Positions 1 to 8,833 of a stretch of DNA of 64,000 bases are shown piece after piece; the stretch's first letter is position 1; every line of letters begins with the position of its first letter. The DNA is from an uncultured Verrucomicrobiae bacterium (GTDB lineage: Bacteria; Verrucomicrobiota; Verrucomicrobiia; Palsa-1439). Below the pieces are notes generated by a model. It made no database searches. It worked only from the letters and a program-made list of their open reading frames with translations, and was not told where the DNA came from. The stretch is taken from assembly GCA_963812605.1 (NCBI GenBank), contig CAWEWF010000004.1, forward strand, positions 32,001 through 96,000, read 5' to 3'. Position numbers and translations under genes: made by a program.

Positions 1-32
1 CGCGAGGGATTGCCGTATAAGCGGGGCGCTTT

Positions 33-506
33 ATGAGGCATACCCTTTCAGTCCTGGTCGAGAATAAATTCGGCGTGTTGACCCGCATCTCGGGGCTGTT
101 CAGCGGCCGCGGGTTCAACATCGACACGCTCAACGTCGCCCCGACGCAGGACCCGACGCAGTCCCGCATGACCATCGTGGTCAAGGGCGATGACACCGTG
201 CTCGAGCAGGTCACCAAACAGCTCAATAAACTCGTCAACGTCATCAAGGTGCAGGATTTCCCGGAAGGCGAATATGTCGACCGTGAGCTGGTACTGATCA
301 AGGTCAATGCGGACAACAAGACGCGTTCCGAGATCATGCAGATCTGCGATATTTTCCGCGCGAAGATCGTCGACGTGGCGCACAAGGCCCTGACCATCGA
401 GATCACGGGCAACGAATCGAAGGTCAGCAAGTTCTTGGACTTGATGGAACCGTTCGGCGTCCGCGACATCACGCGCACCGGCAAAGTGGCGATGCCCAGG
501 AAATGA
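33..506 (+). CDS. ilvN: Acetolactate synthase small (regulatory) subunit
   Basis: N-terminus MRHTLSVLVENKFGVLTRISGLFSGRGFNI is the typical ACT-domain start of IlvN/IlvH; lies upstream of ilvC. Confidence 0.97.
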   Translation: MRHTLSVLVENKFGVLTRISGLFSGRGFNIDTLNVAPTQDPTQSRMTIVVKGDDTVLEQVTKQLNKLVNVIKVQDFPEGEYVDRELVLIKVNADNKTRSEIMQICDIFRAKIVDVAHKALTIEITGNESKVSKFLDLMEPFGVRDITRTGKVAMPRK

Positions 507-544
507 CACCGCCCCGCGGTGTCATCCTGAGCGAAGCAAAGGAT
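503..544. repeat. Intergenic palindrome (ATGACACCGC...GCGGTGTCAT hairpin plus TGTCATCCTGAGCGAAGCAAAGGAT unit)
   Basis: Hairpin seen directly; the second part resembles a widespread GTCATCCTGAGCGAAGCGAAGGA repeat family recalled from other bacteria. Confidence 0.5.
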
Positions 545-566
545 TTCACACAAGTAAGGAAAAATC

Positions 567-1592
567 ATGGCAGCTAGAATCTATCACGACAAAGATGCGG
601 ACCTGAAATATCTCAAGGGCAAGACCTGCGCCGTCATCGGTTACGGCTCGCAGGGCCACGCCCATGCGCTCAACCTCAAGGACAGCGGCGTGAAAGTCGT
701 CGTGGGCCTCTACGAGGGCAGCAAATCCGCCGCCGTCGCCAAGAGCCAGGGTATCGAAGTTCTTTCCGTCGCCGACGCGGCAAAGGCGGCCGACGTGATC
801 ATGATCACGATCCCCGACACGCGCCATGGCGAGACGTATCGCCGTGACATCGCGCCGCACCTGAAAAAAGGCAAGGCTCTCGGCGTTGCGCATGGGTTCT
901 CGCTGCATTTCGGCCAGATCGTTCCGCCCGAGGACGTCGACGTATTTCTCGTCGCCCCGAAAGGGCCCGGCCACCTCGTTCGCCGCATGTACACCGAAGG
1001 CAAAGGTGTCCCCTCCCTGGTCGCGGTGCACCAGAATGCCACCGGCAAAGCCAAACAAATCGCGCTCGCGTGGGCCAAGGGCATCGGCGCGACCCGCGCC
1101 GCGGTGTTTGAGACGACGATTCGCGAAGAAACCGAAACGGATCTTTTCGGCGAGCAGGCCGTCCTTTGCGGCGGTTGCTCGGAATTGATCCTGGCGGGTT
1201 TCGAAACGCTCGTCGAGGCCGGTTACGCTCCTGAAATGGCCTATTTTGAATGTCTGCATGAAATGAAACTCATCGTCGATCTCATCTACGAAGCGGGCAT
1301 CAGCGGCATGCGGTTCTCGATCAGCGACACCGCGAAGTACGGCGACATCACGCGCGGCAAACGCATCATCACCGATAAAACCCGCGCCGAGATGAAGAAG
1401 ATTCTCGGCGAAATCCAAAGCGGCGTCTTTGCGAAGGAATGGATCACCGAAAACCAGGCGGGCCGTCCCGTGTACAACGCGCTCATGAAGCGCGGCGCCG
1501 AACATCCCATCGAGAAGCTCGGCGAGGAAATTCGCGCCAACTTCCCGTGGATGAAGAAACGCAAACTCGGCGGCGCGCAGGCCGCGTATTGA
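567..1592 (+). CDS. ilvC: Ketol-acid reductoisomerase
   Basis: [39 protein letters not shown] and YFECLHE motifs. Confidence 0.98.
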   Translation: MAARIYHDKDADLKYLKGKTCAVIGYGSQGHAHALNLKDSGVKVVVGLYEGSKSAAVAKSQGIEVLSVADAAKAADVIMITIPDTRHGETYRRDIAPHLKKGKALGVAHGFSLHFGQIVPPEDVDVFLVAPKGPGHLVRRMYTEGKGVPSLVAVHQNATGKAKQIALAWAKGIGATRAAVFETTIREETETDLFGEQAVLCGGCSELILAGFETLVEAGYAPEMAYFECLHEMKLIVDLIYEAGISGMRFSISDTAKYGDITRGKRIITDKTRAEMKKILGEIQSGVFAKEWITENQAGRPVYNALMKRGAEHPIEKLGEEIRANFPWMKKRKLGGAQAAY

Positions 1593-1602
1593 GGAGGTTT
1601 CC

Positions 1603-1863
1603 ATGCGCAAGCGGATCAACATCATCGCGGTCGCCGTCGTGCTGGCGATTCTCAGCTTCGCCTACGCGCGCTACGACTATACCAACAATAACAGCACGAC
1701 CTTGACGAATCCCTTCGGCAACCACGAGAGCACCACCGTTGCCAATCCCTTTATGGACAAGTCGCTCTTTGGGGACTGGATGAAGAAGGAAGTGACTTTC
1801 TCGATGGTTGTACCCGCCGCGCTCATCGCCGTCGGGTTGGGGCTCGCCATCGGCAAGAAGTAG
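1603..1863 (+). CDS. Small hypothetical membrane protein
   Basis: GAGGAGG RBS; two hydrophobic segments. Confidence 0.7.
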   Translation: MRKRINIIAVAVVLAILSFAYARYDYTNNNSTTLTNPFGNHESTTVANPFMDKSLFGDWMKKEVTFSMVVPAALIAVGLGLAIGKK

Positions 1864-1900
1864 GCTCTTGCGGGTCAGGTCGTGGATCGGACGGGAGCGC

Positions 1901-2380
1901 ATGCGCAAAATTAACACGAAGGACATCGCTGAGGTGTCCTGGTCGTCGCCCAAGGGAAAGTTCGTCGGCGCTGGCAAGGAGGTCTCGGAGGAATTGGGCC
2001 GCAAACCGCAATCGACCGACCTCAAGGAGCGGCACCCTTTCGATGTCGAAATCTGCCGCATCCCGCCGGGCAAGACCCCCTACCCCTATCACTCCCACAG
2101 CGCGCAATGGGAGTTTTACCACGTGATCTCCGGCAAAGGCATCGTCCGCCACAAGGACGGAACGACCGCCATTGAAACCGGCGACGCTTTCCTCTTCCAC
2201 CCCGGCGAACCCCATCAGATTACCAATGACGGCTCCGAAGATCTCATCCTCTACGTCGTCGCGGACAATCCGATTGGCGAATCCTATTACTACCCCGACA
2301 GCAGGAAATGGAGCGTCGCTTCACCCGAGCGCCGAATCATCCGCTCCGATGCCCTCGACTACTACGACGGCGAGGAGTGA
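1901..2380 (+). CDS. Cupin-domain protein
   Basis: PYHSHSAQWEFYHVISG and GDAFLFHPGEPHQITN cupin motifs; start moved to ATG 1901. Confidence 0.9.
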   Translation: MRKINTKDIAEVSWSSPKGKFVGAGKEVSEELGRKPQSTDLKERHPFDVEICRIPPGKTPYPYHSHSAQWEFYHVISGKGIVRHKDGTTAIETGDAFLFHPGEPHQITNDGSEDLILYVVADNPIGESYYYPDSRKWSVASPERRIIRSDALDYYDGEE

Positions 2381-2396
2381 GCCCGTCCCAACTTCT

Positions 2397-3707
2397 TCAG
2401 CGATACGCGATCGCAGCTTCCAGCGCCGGGTCGCGTCCCGCAAGCACGTTCTGCCACGAAGTCGGCGTCGCAATATCCGGCAGACGTGAAGGAGGGTCAT
2501 CCCCGGTGGTAATCTTGAAGTGTTTGGTGGAATAACGCACCTGCAACTTGGAATTCGGCAGTTCCAATACGCGAACGTCACCATAACCGTTGGGTTTGCC
2601 CCCGGTGGGTTCGCCAATCAGGATGGCCTGGAAATGGAACCGCTTCGCATCGTCGGCAAAACTGTTATGAAATTGCTCCGCCACCCATTCCCCGGAGGAA
2701 AAGGTCGACGGTCCAATCAGCACAAAGAGATGGCCGGTCGCATTAATGGCGGGATTGGATGAGACGGCTTCCAGCAACGGCCGCACAACGTCAGAGTTCC
2801 CTCCTCCGTTATAACGGACATCGATCACCAAACGGCCCACCGAGTGAGCGCCAATAAATGCAAACGTCTCTTTTACGAATTCCTGGAAAGACTGTTTCGG
2901 ATCGTCTTCGCACACGTTGTATTGAAGGAACAATGTCTGCGAATCCGGCAAATACTCGCGCCAGTAAAACGCTGTTGGATTACGGCGACTGAGCCGCGTC
3001 GGCAGCTCCAGGGCCTCTGTGACCGTGACTCGTCCGTTTGCGTTTGTGCTCGCGCTCCAGTCCGATGGCGAGACAGAAAGAGACCAGACATTGGTTCCCG
3101 CATCCGCAAAGGCAAGTTCGAGAGATCCATTCGACGCGGCCTGCAGGTGCTGCAATAATTCAGCCGACATCATGTACTCGGGACTTTGTTCCCGCAGCCA
3201 GGTTTCATTTTCATGTGCAATGTAGGGGGCAAGATTTGTCAGCAGTTGCTCCGGCGTCATTTTACCGATTCGAACCACGCGCTTCCCCAACGCCCGCCGA
3301 TACTCGGGCGCAGCAGCAATCACATAGCATCCGTCGGAATACCAGCGCAGCCACAATGGATACCGCTGAAAGGCGAGCGCGCCGGAGGTCGGCAGCGCGA
3401 GTCGCGTGTGCGAAACTCCGGCGGCCGCAACCAACCGTAGCAGGCGAATCACGATCTCCGTGTCGGAAAGTTGTGCGACAGAGTTTTTGATCTGCGCGAT
3501 CTCGCTCTGGAACGTTTCCTTCGGAACAAGCTTGTAAAAGTCCTTGTGCTTCTCCGGCAGGTTCGTCCCCAGGAAATCGAGGTCCTGACGCCAGTGCTCT
3601 TCGCGAACAGCGTTGTTCGTGTACGTTTGCGCTTGAATCAGTGGTCCCGAAACGCCAACGGCCGCAGAGACAACCAGAGGAATTAACTTTATGAATCTGG
3701 TTTGCAT
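2397..3707 (-). CDS. Secreted S41-family-like peptidase
   Basis: Signal peptide; LVIDVRYNGGG, TFSSG and IGEPTGG motifs. Confidence 0.8.
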   Translation of the reverse strand: MQTRFIKLIPLVVSAAVGVSGPLIQAQTYTNNAVREEHWRQDLDFLGTNLPEKHKDFYKLVPKETFQSEIAQIKNSVAQLSDTEIVIRLLRLVAAAGVSHTRLALPTSGALAFQRYPLWLRWYSDGCYVIAAAPEYRRALGKRVVRIGKMTPEQLLTNLAPYIAHENETWLREQSPEYMMSAELLQHLQAASNGSLELAFADAGTNVWSLSVSPSDWSASTNANGRVTVTEALELPTRLSRRNPTAFYWREYLPDSQTLFLQYNVCEDDPKQSFQEFVKETFAFIGAHSVGRLVIDVRYNGGGNSDVVRPLLEAVSSNPAINATGHLFVLIGPSTFSSGEWVAEQFHNSFADDAKRFHFQAILIGEPTGGKPNGYGDVRVLELPNSKLQVRYSTKHFKITTGDDPPSRLPDIATPTSWQNVLAGRDPALEAAIAYR

Positions 3708-3791
3708 AAGCCAAGTGCCTCCGAATTAGCCGGGCGAGTGCGGCGATTCAAGACTAATCTGGGAAACGGCTTGCACTTCCTTTGCTCTGCT

Positions 3792-3844
3792 GACAGCAAC
3801 AAATCCGCTCCAACGCCCTCGACTATTACGACGGCGAAGAGTGA
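3792..3844 (+). pseudogene. Diverged copy of the cupin 3' end (DSNK//IRSNALDYYDGEE*)
   Basis: 3803-3844 matches 2339-2380 at 38/42 nt including the stop; 3792-3802 matches ~2297-2308. Confidence 0.9.
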
Positions 3845-3868
3845 ACAGGCTCCGTAGTTTATCACTAA

Positions 3869-3962
3869 TTGGAGGGCGAGCCTCTCGGCAAGCCGCACCT
3901 CTCGATAATTTCCTCTCCCCATTTCCAAGCCGATTGTAGGGCGAGCGCGTCGCTTGCCGTCA
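3869..3962. repeat. Two REP-like palindromes (GGAGGGCGAGCCTCTCGGCAAGCC; GTAGGGCGAGCGCGTCGCTTGCCGTCA)
   Basis: GTAG-led hairpin; the second is nearly identical to 38334-38360. Confidence 0.75.
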
Positions 3963-4048
3963 TTCGCGTCGCTCTTTTATGCTTTCCTCGCGGTTCCGTC
4001 AGGGGTTTAATTACAAGGAGGTATTTGGATCACCATCCAGTGATATTT

Positions 4049-4579
4049 ATGAAAGCTCCCAAGCCAGAGAAACCAAATGGTGCACCCGAAGGCACAATCT
4101 GGTTTGGTGGCCCCATCGCATGGTTTAGCATCGACTTGAGGATCTTCGGTGAACATCTGAATCCCGAGGAGGTCAGCGCCATTTTGGGATGCCAGCCGAC
4201 CAGTTTCGAGCGTAAGGGACAGCCTGTTTTGCGACCCGATGGAACTGTCGCTCGCATTGGAAGGACCGGTGCGTGGCGCCTGCAATTAAGTCCAGCCGAC
4301 ACTGACGAATGGGACTGCGGCGAGGCCATGATGGTGTTGATGTCGCGTTTGCCGGCGAAGGTAGAGATATGGAAGAGCCTGACCAAGCGGTTCAGGGTCG
4401 ATTTCTCCGTCGCGTTATCGATGGAGTCGCGGAATAAGGGCTTCTGCTTGTCCCCAGAGATCATGAGCTATCTTGGCGAGCGAGGTATTAACGTGGGGTT
4501 TGACGTTTATTACGAAGACGAAGCTAAGGCCGAACCATCCGCTGGAGGAAACACTACTCTTCCCCCTTCCTCAGCATGA
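4049..4579 (+). CDS. DUF4279-like protein
   Basis: LRIFGEHLNPEEVSAILGCQPT ... W ... YLGERGINVGFDVY pattern. Confidence 0.7.
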   Translation: MKAPKPEKPNGAPEGTIWFGGPIAWFSIDLRIFGEHLNPEEVSAILGCQPTSFERKGQPVLRPDGTVARIGRTGAWRLQLSPADTDEWDCGEAMMVLMSRLPAKVEIWKSLTKRFRVDFSVALSMESRNKGFCLSPEIMSYLGERGINVGFDVYYEDEAKAEPSAGGNTTLPPSSA

Positions 4580-4623
4580 TCGCCGTGGTCAGATCCAGAC
4601 GCTACCCCATTTACGATCTCAGC

Positions 4624-5100
4624 ATGAGCGGGCTCATCATTCCGGAATTCGGGCGGGGATATTGGCAGCGTTTCCCAGCGGCGGCACTGCTGGTTACGGG
4701 CGTCGGCCTGCTGGTCTGGGTGCACTGCCACGCCGCCCATGTCTCCGCTTGGGTCGTCGTCCTGGACATCTTCGTTCCCTTTCTGTCGATAATCGCAGGA
4801 CTGCTGATGGCCCGCCAAGGGGTCGGTCTCTTGGATTTCAGTTGCGCCATTGCGGTCGGTGGATTGGGCATCTTCGGGATGGGCCTGCAGGGATTGCGGC
4901 GGGGCTATATCGCGCCTTCACGAGGACCCTATGGTTCTGGCCGATATTACAGTTTGTATCCGCCGGAGTTTTGGGAAACCGCGAAGCACTACATTTCGAA
5001 ACCAGAAGCCTGGGATTTAATCCTCTACGGCTGCGCGATCTTCGCTCTCGGGCTGTCGCTCGCTCTTATAGCTTGGATTCGACAGAGGGAAGCCATCTAA
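4624..5100 (+). CDS. Hypothetical membrane protein
   Basis: About four TM segments; TACGAT -10 box 6 nt before ATG 4624. Confidence 0.6.
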   Translation: MSGLIIPEFGRGYWQRFPAAALLVTGVGLLVWVHCHAAHVSAWVVVLDIFVPFLSIIAGLLMARQGVGLLDFSCAIAVGGLGIFGMGLQGLRRGYIAPSRGPYGSGRYYSLYPPEFWETAKHYISKPEAWDLILYGCAIFALGLSLALIAWIRQREAI

Positions 5101-5202
5101 TAAGCCATCCCCCACATCCGGCCAAGCCTGCGGTTCTTCTTCTACAGGCTTGCTTTTTACTGCCTCGCAGGGTAGTCTCAGCACCCTAGGCGCATCCGTA
5201 CC

Positions 5203-5496
5203 ATGAACACGTTCGCTCTCTACGCAACCCTCAGCCCATTGGTCTGCGCTTTTGTTGGCGCCGGCGTGGCCCATAGCCAAAGCGCCGGGCCCTGGACAGT
5301 CATCCTGTTTGCGATCATCGGCTTGGTCTTCGGTGGGATTGCGGGCGCTTATTCGCTGGGAATTGAGAAGTGGCTCATCAAATCGAAGCGGGTGACTTCA
5401 TCGAAATGGGCCCTGACTTATCCGGTATTCTCATTCTTGGGGGTAACGTTGCTGACCGGTTTGCTGACGTTTTGGCTCGTCGGGCTCACGCTCTGA
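5203..5496 (+). CDS. Small hypothetical membrane protein
   Basis: Three hydrophobic segments. Confidence 0.6.
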   Translation: MNTFALYATLSPLVCAFVGAGVAHSQSAGPWTVILFAIIGLVFGGIAGAYSLGIEKWLIKSKRVTSSKWALTYPVFSFLGVTLLTGLLTFWLVGLTL

Positions 5497-5568
5497 GTGA
5501 CGGGTCGATTACCGGAAGTCATCGACATCCAAGCCGCTACACGATCGCGTACCGCGCCGTAAGCCGCG

Positions 5569-6270
5569 TCAGTGTGCTGGCAGTGGCACGACCGATTTGT
5601 TGGTGGTTGTTTGCTCATTCCCCGGTTCGATGGCTTTCAGGGTCGCGCCCACGAACGGAGCAATTGCTTCCGCCGTCTTCTTAAACTGAAGAAACTCTCT
5701 TGCGGATACCGGCTGCAACAAACCGTCAGCATCTCTTTGAAAACACTCCACAAATTCCCCGTCATCTTTCATCAATAAAAGCTCGTCAAACTTGCCGTCT
5801 GCATTTTTGCTGATAAATGTGACAGAGATATTCGGCACACCAGGTGTAAATACCGAGCTTTTAGGTTCCTTGCCAGTTTTGGCACTGCTCCTCGTTAAAG
5901 CCGCACAAACCTTTTTGTCCGCACGAAACATTTCCATGTACAGATCAATCTGGCCGTCATTGTCAGTGTCTCGTTCGATATACTCTTTGATCTCCCGATC
6001 TCCGCGAAATGTTCTGTAGGAAATCATTTTGATCTTACCGGTCTTCTCCGACATGGTTACGTGTTTCTCGACACGAATCACATTTCCAGTAAGCTCCGCC
6101 GGAGTCGGCTCATAATTCTGCAAATCCTCGATTTGCCCCATCGTTTGGGTGTGAGCTTTCACGATTTCCTTGAGTCGGTCATCTGTTTTGGGGTTGTCCG
6201 CAGCCGCACAAATGCTCGTAACCATGCTGAGAATGATCAGGCCCGCGAAACGGGAACGGGTATTGCGCAT
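5569..6270 (-). CDS. Secreted hypothetical protein (lower GC)
   Basis: Signal peptide, AGGAGA RBS, DTDNDGQID Ca-loop-like motif. Confidence 0.7.
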   Translation of the reverse strand: MRNTRSRFAGLIILSMVTSICAAADNPKTDDRLKEIVKAHTQTMGQIEDLQNYEPTPAELTGNVIRVEKHVTMSEKTGKIKMISYRTFRGDREIKEYIERDTDNDGQIDLYMEMFRADKKVCAALTRSSAKTGKEPKSSVFTPGVPNISVTFISKNADGKFDELLLMKDDGEFVECFQRDADGLLQPVSAREFLQFKKTAEAIAPFVGATLKAIEPGNEQTTTNKSVVPLPAH

Positions 6271-6374
6271 ATTTCTCCTAATACCGAGAACTCAGCCACG
6301 GTGGAGTTGTGATGTCAATCGCCGAATAGCTCCCCCTTGACTTCCGGCCCGGCCCCTGCTACAGATACCCCGTA

Positions 6375-6443
6375 ATGAATTGCAACCTCGGTCTATCACT
6401 GGCTCTGCTGGCTCTCCGATTCGCGTCGGAGACGGTGGGCTGA
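6375..6443 (+). CDS. Leu leader peptide MNCNLGLSLALLALRFASETVG
   Basis: 6 Leu codons within 10 codons (including CTA), directly upstream of the terminator and leuA. Confidence 0.8.
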   Translation: MNCNLGLSLALLALRFASETVG

Positions 6444-6463
6444 GGTCTAGACACAGAACTTCG

Positions 6464-6504
6464 AACCCATCCCGGCGCGAGCGTCGGGGTGGGTTTTTTA
6501 TTTT
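6464..6504 (+). terminator. Attenuator intrinsic terminator
   Basis: AACCCATCCCGGCG-loop-CGTCGGGGTGGGTT followed by TTTTATTTT. Confidence 0.85.
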
Positions 6505-6538
6505 CCCGCCGCCCCGTTTGCGTTAGAAATGTACAGTC

Positions 6539-8116
6539 ATGAGTGAGCACATATTGATATTCGACACGACGTTGCGCGACGGCGAGCAATGCCCCGGCGC
6601 GTCGATGAACATCCGCGAGAAACTCGAGGTCGCGCGGCAGTTGGCGCGCTTGCGCGTGGACATCATCGAAGCGGGCTTTCCCATTGCCAGCGATGGCGAT
6701 TTCGAGGCCGTCAAGGCTATTGCCGCCGAGGTGCAAGGCCCGCGTATTGCCGGCTTGGCCCGTTGTGTCGACAAGGACATCGACCGCGCCGCGGAAGCCG
6801 TGAAGCCGGCGGGCGACCGCGCCCGCATTCACGTTTTTCTCGCCACCAGCGCCATCCATCGCGAGCACAAGCTCAAGATGGCCCAGAGCGAGATCCTCAA
6901 GCGCAGCGTGGAAGGCGTGAAACGCGCGCTCGGCCACTGCCCGGACGTGGAGTTTTCGCCCGAAGACGCCTCGCGCACGGAACCCGAGTTTTTGGCCGAG
7001 GTGACGCACGCGGTCATCGAGGCGGGCGCGCGGACGGTCAATATCCCAGACACGGTCGGCTATGCCGCGCCACACCAGTTCGGCGCGCTCATCAACCACC
7101 TCTTCAACCACGTGCCCAACATTCACGACGCCGTTATCAGCGTGCATTGCCACAACGACCTCGGCCTCGCGGTCGCCAACTCCCTCGCCGCGATCCAGAA
7201 TGGCGCCCGGCAGATCGAGTGCACCATCAATGGCATCGGCGAACGCGCGGGCAATGCGTCGCTTGAAGAAATCGTCATGGCACTCAAGGTGCGCCAAGAT
7301 GCGTACAGTGGTTATCAGACGAACATCGACAGCGCGCAGATCTACCGCAGCAGCCGTCTCGTTTCGCACATGACCGGCATGATCGTCCAGCGCAACAAGG
7401 CCATCGTCGGGGACAACGCCTTCGCCCACGAAGCCGGCATCCACCAGCACGGCATGATGGCCAACCGCGAAACCTACGAGATCATGCGTGCCGAGGACGT
7501 GGGCCGCTCCAGCGAACTCACCTGGGGCAAACACATGGGCCACCATGCCGTTGGCAAAAAGCTCGAGGAGATGGGCTATAAACTCAGCGAAGAGGAAGTC
7601 CGCCGCGTCACCGACCAGATCAAGACGCTCGCCGACAAAAAGAAGCAGGTGTACGATGAGGACGTGACCGCCATCGTCGAAGGCCAGTTCAGCGAAGTGC
7701 CGCAGGTCTGGAAGCTCGGTTACCTCAGCGTCATGACCGGCGAAATCCCGACTGCCTCGGTGCGTCTCATCAACGCCGACAAGAAGGAGCCCATTGCCGA
7801 CGCCGGTACCGGCGATGGCCCGATTGACGCGATGCTCAAGACCATCGACCGCATCACCGGCCTCCGCGGCAGTCTCGTCGATTACAGCGTCAACAGCGTC
7901 ACGCGCGGCAAGGACGCCATCGGCGAGGTTACCGTCCGCGTCACGTTCAATAGCCGGGCGGGCGTCTCTCCCGCCGAGGGCGAAAGCAAGATCGTCACCG
8001 GCAAAGGCGCCTCGACCGACATCATCGAAGCCAGCGCCCTCGCCTACCTGAATGCGCTCAACCGGAATCTCTACGAACACCGCCGCATCATCGAGGCCGA
8101 AAGCCCGACGTTGTGA
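6539..8116 (+). CDS. leuA: 2-isopropylmalate synthase
   Basis: [36 protein letters not shown] and C-terminal STDIIEAS regulatory domain. Confidence 0.97.
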   Translation: MSEHILIFDTTLRDGEQCPGASMNIREKLEVARQLARLRVDIIEAGFPIASDGDFEAVKAIAAEVQGPRIAGLARCVDKDIDRAAEAVKPAGDRARIHVFLATSAIHREHKLKMAQSEILKRSVEGVKRALGHCPDVEFSPEDASRTEPEFLAEVTHAVIEAGARTVNIPDTVGYAAPHQFGALINHLFNHVPNIHDAVISVHCHNDLGLAVANSLAAIQNGARQIECTINGIGERAGNASLEEIVMALKVRQDAYSGYQTNIDSAQIYRSSRLVSHMTGMIVQRNKAIVGDNAFAHEAGIHQHGMMANRETYEIMRAEDVGRSSELTWGKHMGHHAVGKKLEEMGYKLSEEEVRRVTDQIKTLADKKKQVYDEDVTAIVEGQFSEVPQVWKLGYLSVMTGEIPTASVRLINADKKEPIADAGTGDGPIDAMLKTIDRITGLRGSLVDYSVNSVTRGKDAIGEVTVRVTFNSRAGVSPAEGESKIVTGKGASTDIIEASALAYLNALNRNLYEHRRIIEAESPTL

Positions 8117-8325
8117 AAAGGTCGCGCGCCAATGATCGTCCGCAGGCCGCCTTTGCAGCGAAGGATGACGCGTGGGCTGCTGCCGCCGCCTACGGCTGCG
8201 ACACGAGCCTGCTGGAAGCCAGCCTGCGCCGAACACCTGCGGAACGGGTCCGTGTTCATCGCAGTGCGCTCGCGCTCTTCGAGGCCCTGCAAGGGGCCGG
8301 CAAGCGGCTCTATGGCAAACCTTGA
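8113..8325 (+). CDS. Small hypothetical protein (partner of nucleotidyltransferase)
   Basis: GTGA overlap with the leuA stop; DxSLLEASLRRTPAERV motif; overlaps the next gene. Confidence 0.55.
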   Translation: MKRSRANDRPQAAFAAKDDAWAAAAAYGCDTSLLEASLRRTPAERVRVHRSALALFEALQGAGKRLYGKP

Positions 8326-8818
8326 AGCGTTGCTCGGGCGATTAGTGAAGCATGACGTCGACTTCGTCATTATCGGCGCCTATGCCTCGGTGGTGCACGG
8401 CGCGACTTTGGTTACGCATGACGTGGACATTTGTTGCTCGTTCACTTCTCGAAATCTCCTGAAGTTGCAAAACGCGATGGCCGGCTTGCATCCGGTTCAC
8501 CGGCTCACGCCGAAACGTCTGCCGTTGCAACTTACGCCCGCGCACTGTCGCGGCTTAAAGAACCTTTACTTGGAAACCGACCTGGGAGTCATTGATTGTC
8601 TCGGTGAAGTGCTCGGCTTGGGGGGTTTTCCAGTCGTGAAAAGACAGAGCGTAATCATCAATCTGGACTTCGGCAAATGTCGCGTCTTGGGACTCGAAGC
8701 GCTCATCAAGGCAAAACGGGCCATGAACCGTCCACGAGATCGCGAAGCGATCGTTCAACTGGAAGCTTTGCGCGTTCGCCAGCGCCGCAACGCCCAAAAA
8801 AAGAAACCAATGGTGTAG
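8312..8818 (+). CDS. Nucleotidyltransferase-family protein
   Basis: FVIIGAYA..HG....THDVDI (GA/DxD) and LIKAKRAMNRPRDRE motifs. Confidence 0.8.
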   Translation: MANLEALLGRLVKHDVDFVIIGAYASVVHGATLVTHDVDICCSFTSRNLLKLQNAMAGLHPVHRLTPKRLPLQLTPAHCRGLKNLYLETDLGVIDCLGEVLGLGGFPVVKRQSVIINLDFGKCRVLGLEALIKAKRAMNRPRDREAIVQLEALRVRQRRNAQKKKPMV

Positions 8819-8833
8819 AAAGTCGGCAAATCC

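Larger units (their letters stand above)
6337..6505 (+). promoter_or_regulatory. leuA promoter plus leucine attenuator
   Basis: TTGACT(6337)-17-TACAGA; Leu-rich leader ORF 6375-6443; terminator hairpin 6464-6495 with T tract; GGTGGG in the leader can pair with CCCATC of the terminator. Confidence 0.85.

Noticed and set aside
546-1625. Long antisense ORFs opposite ilvC, leuA, the kinases, glyQS and others
   Set aside because: Expected shadow frames of GC-rich coding strands; no recognisable motifs.
5108-5131. Weak resemblance to the leuA promoter region (6331-6359)
   Set aside because: Short, gapped and GC-rich; could be chance.
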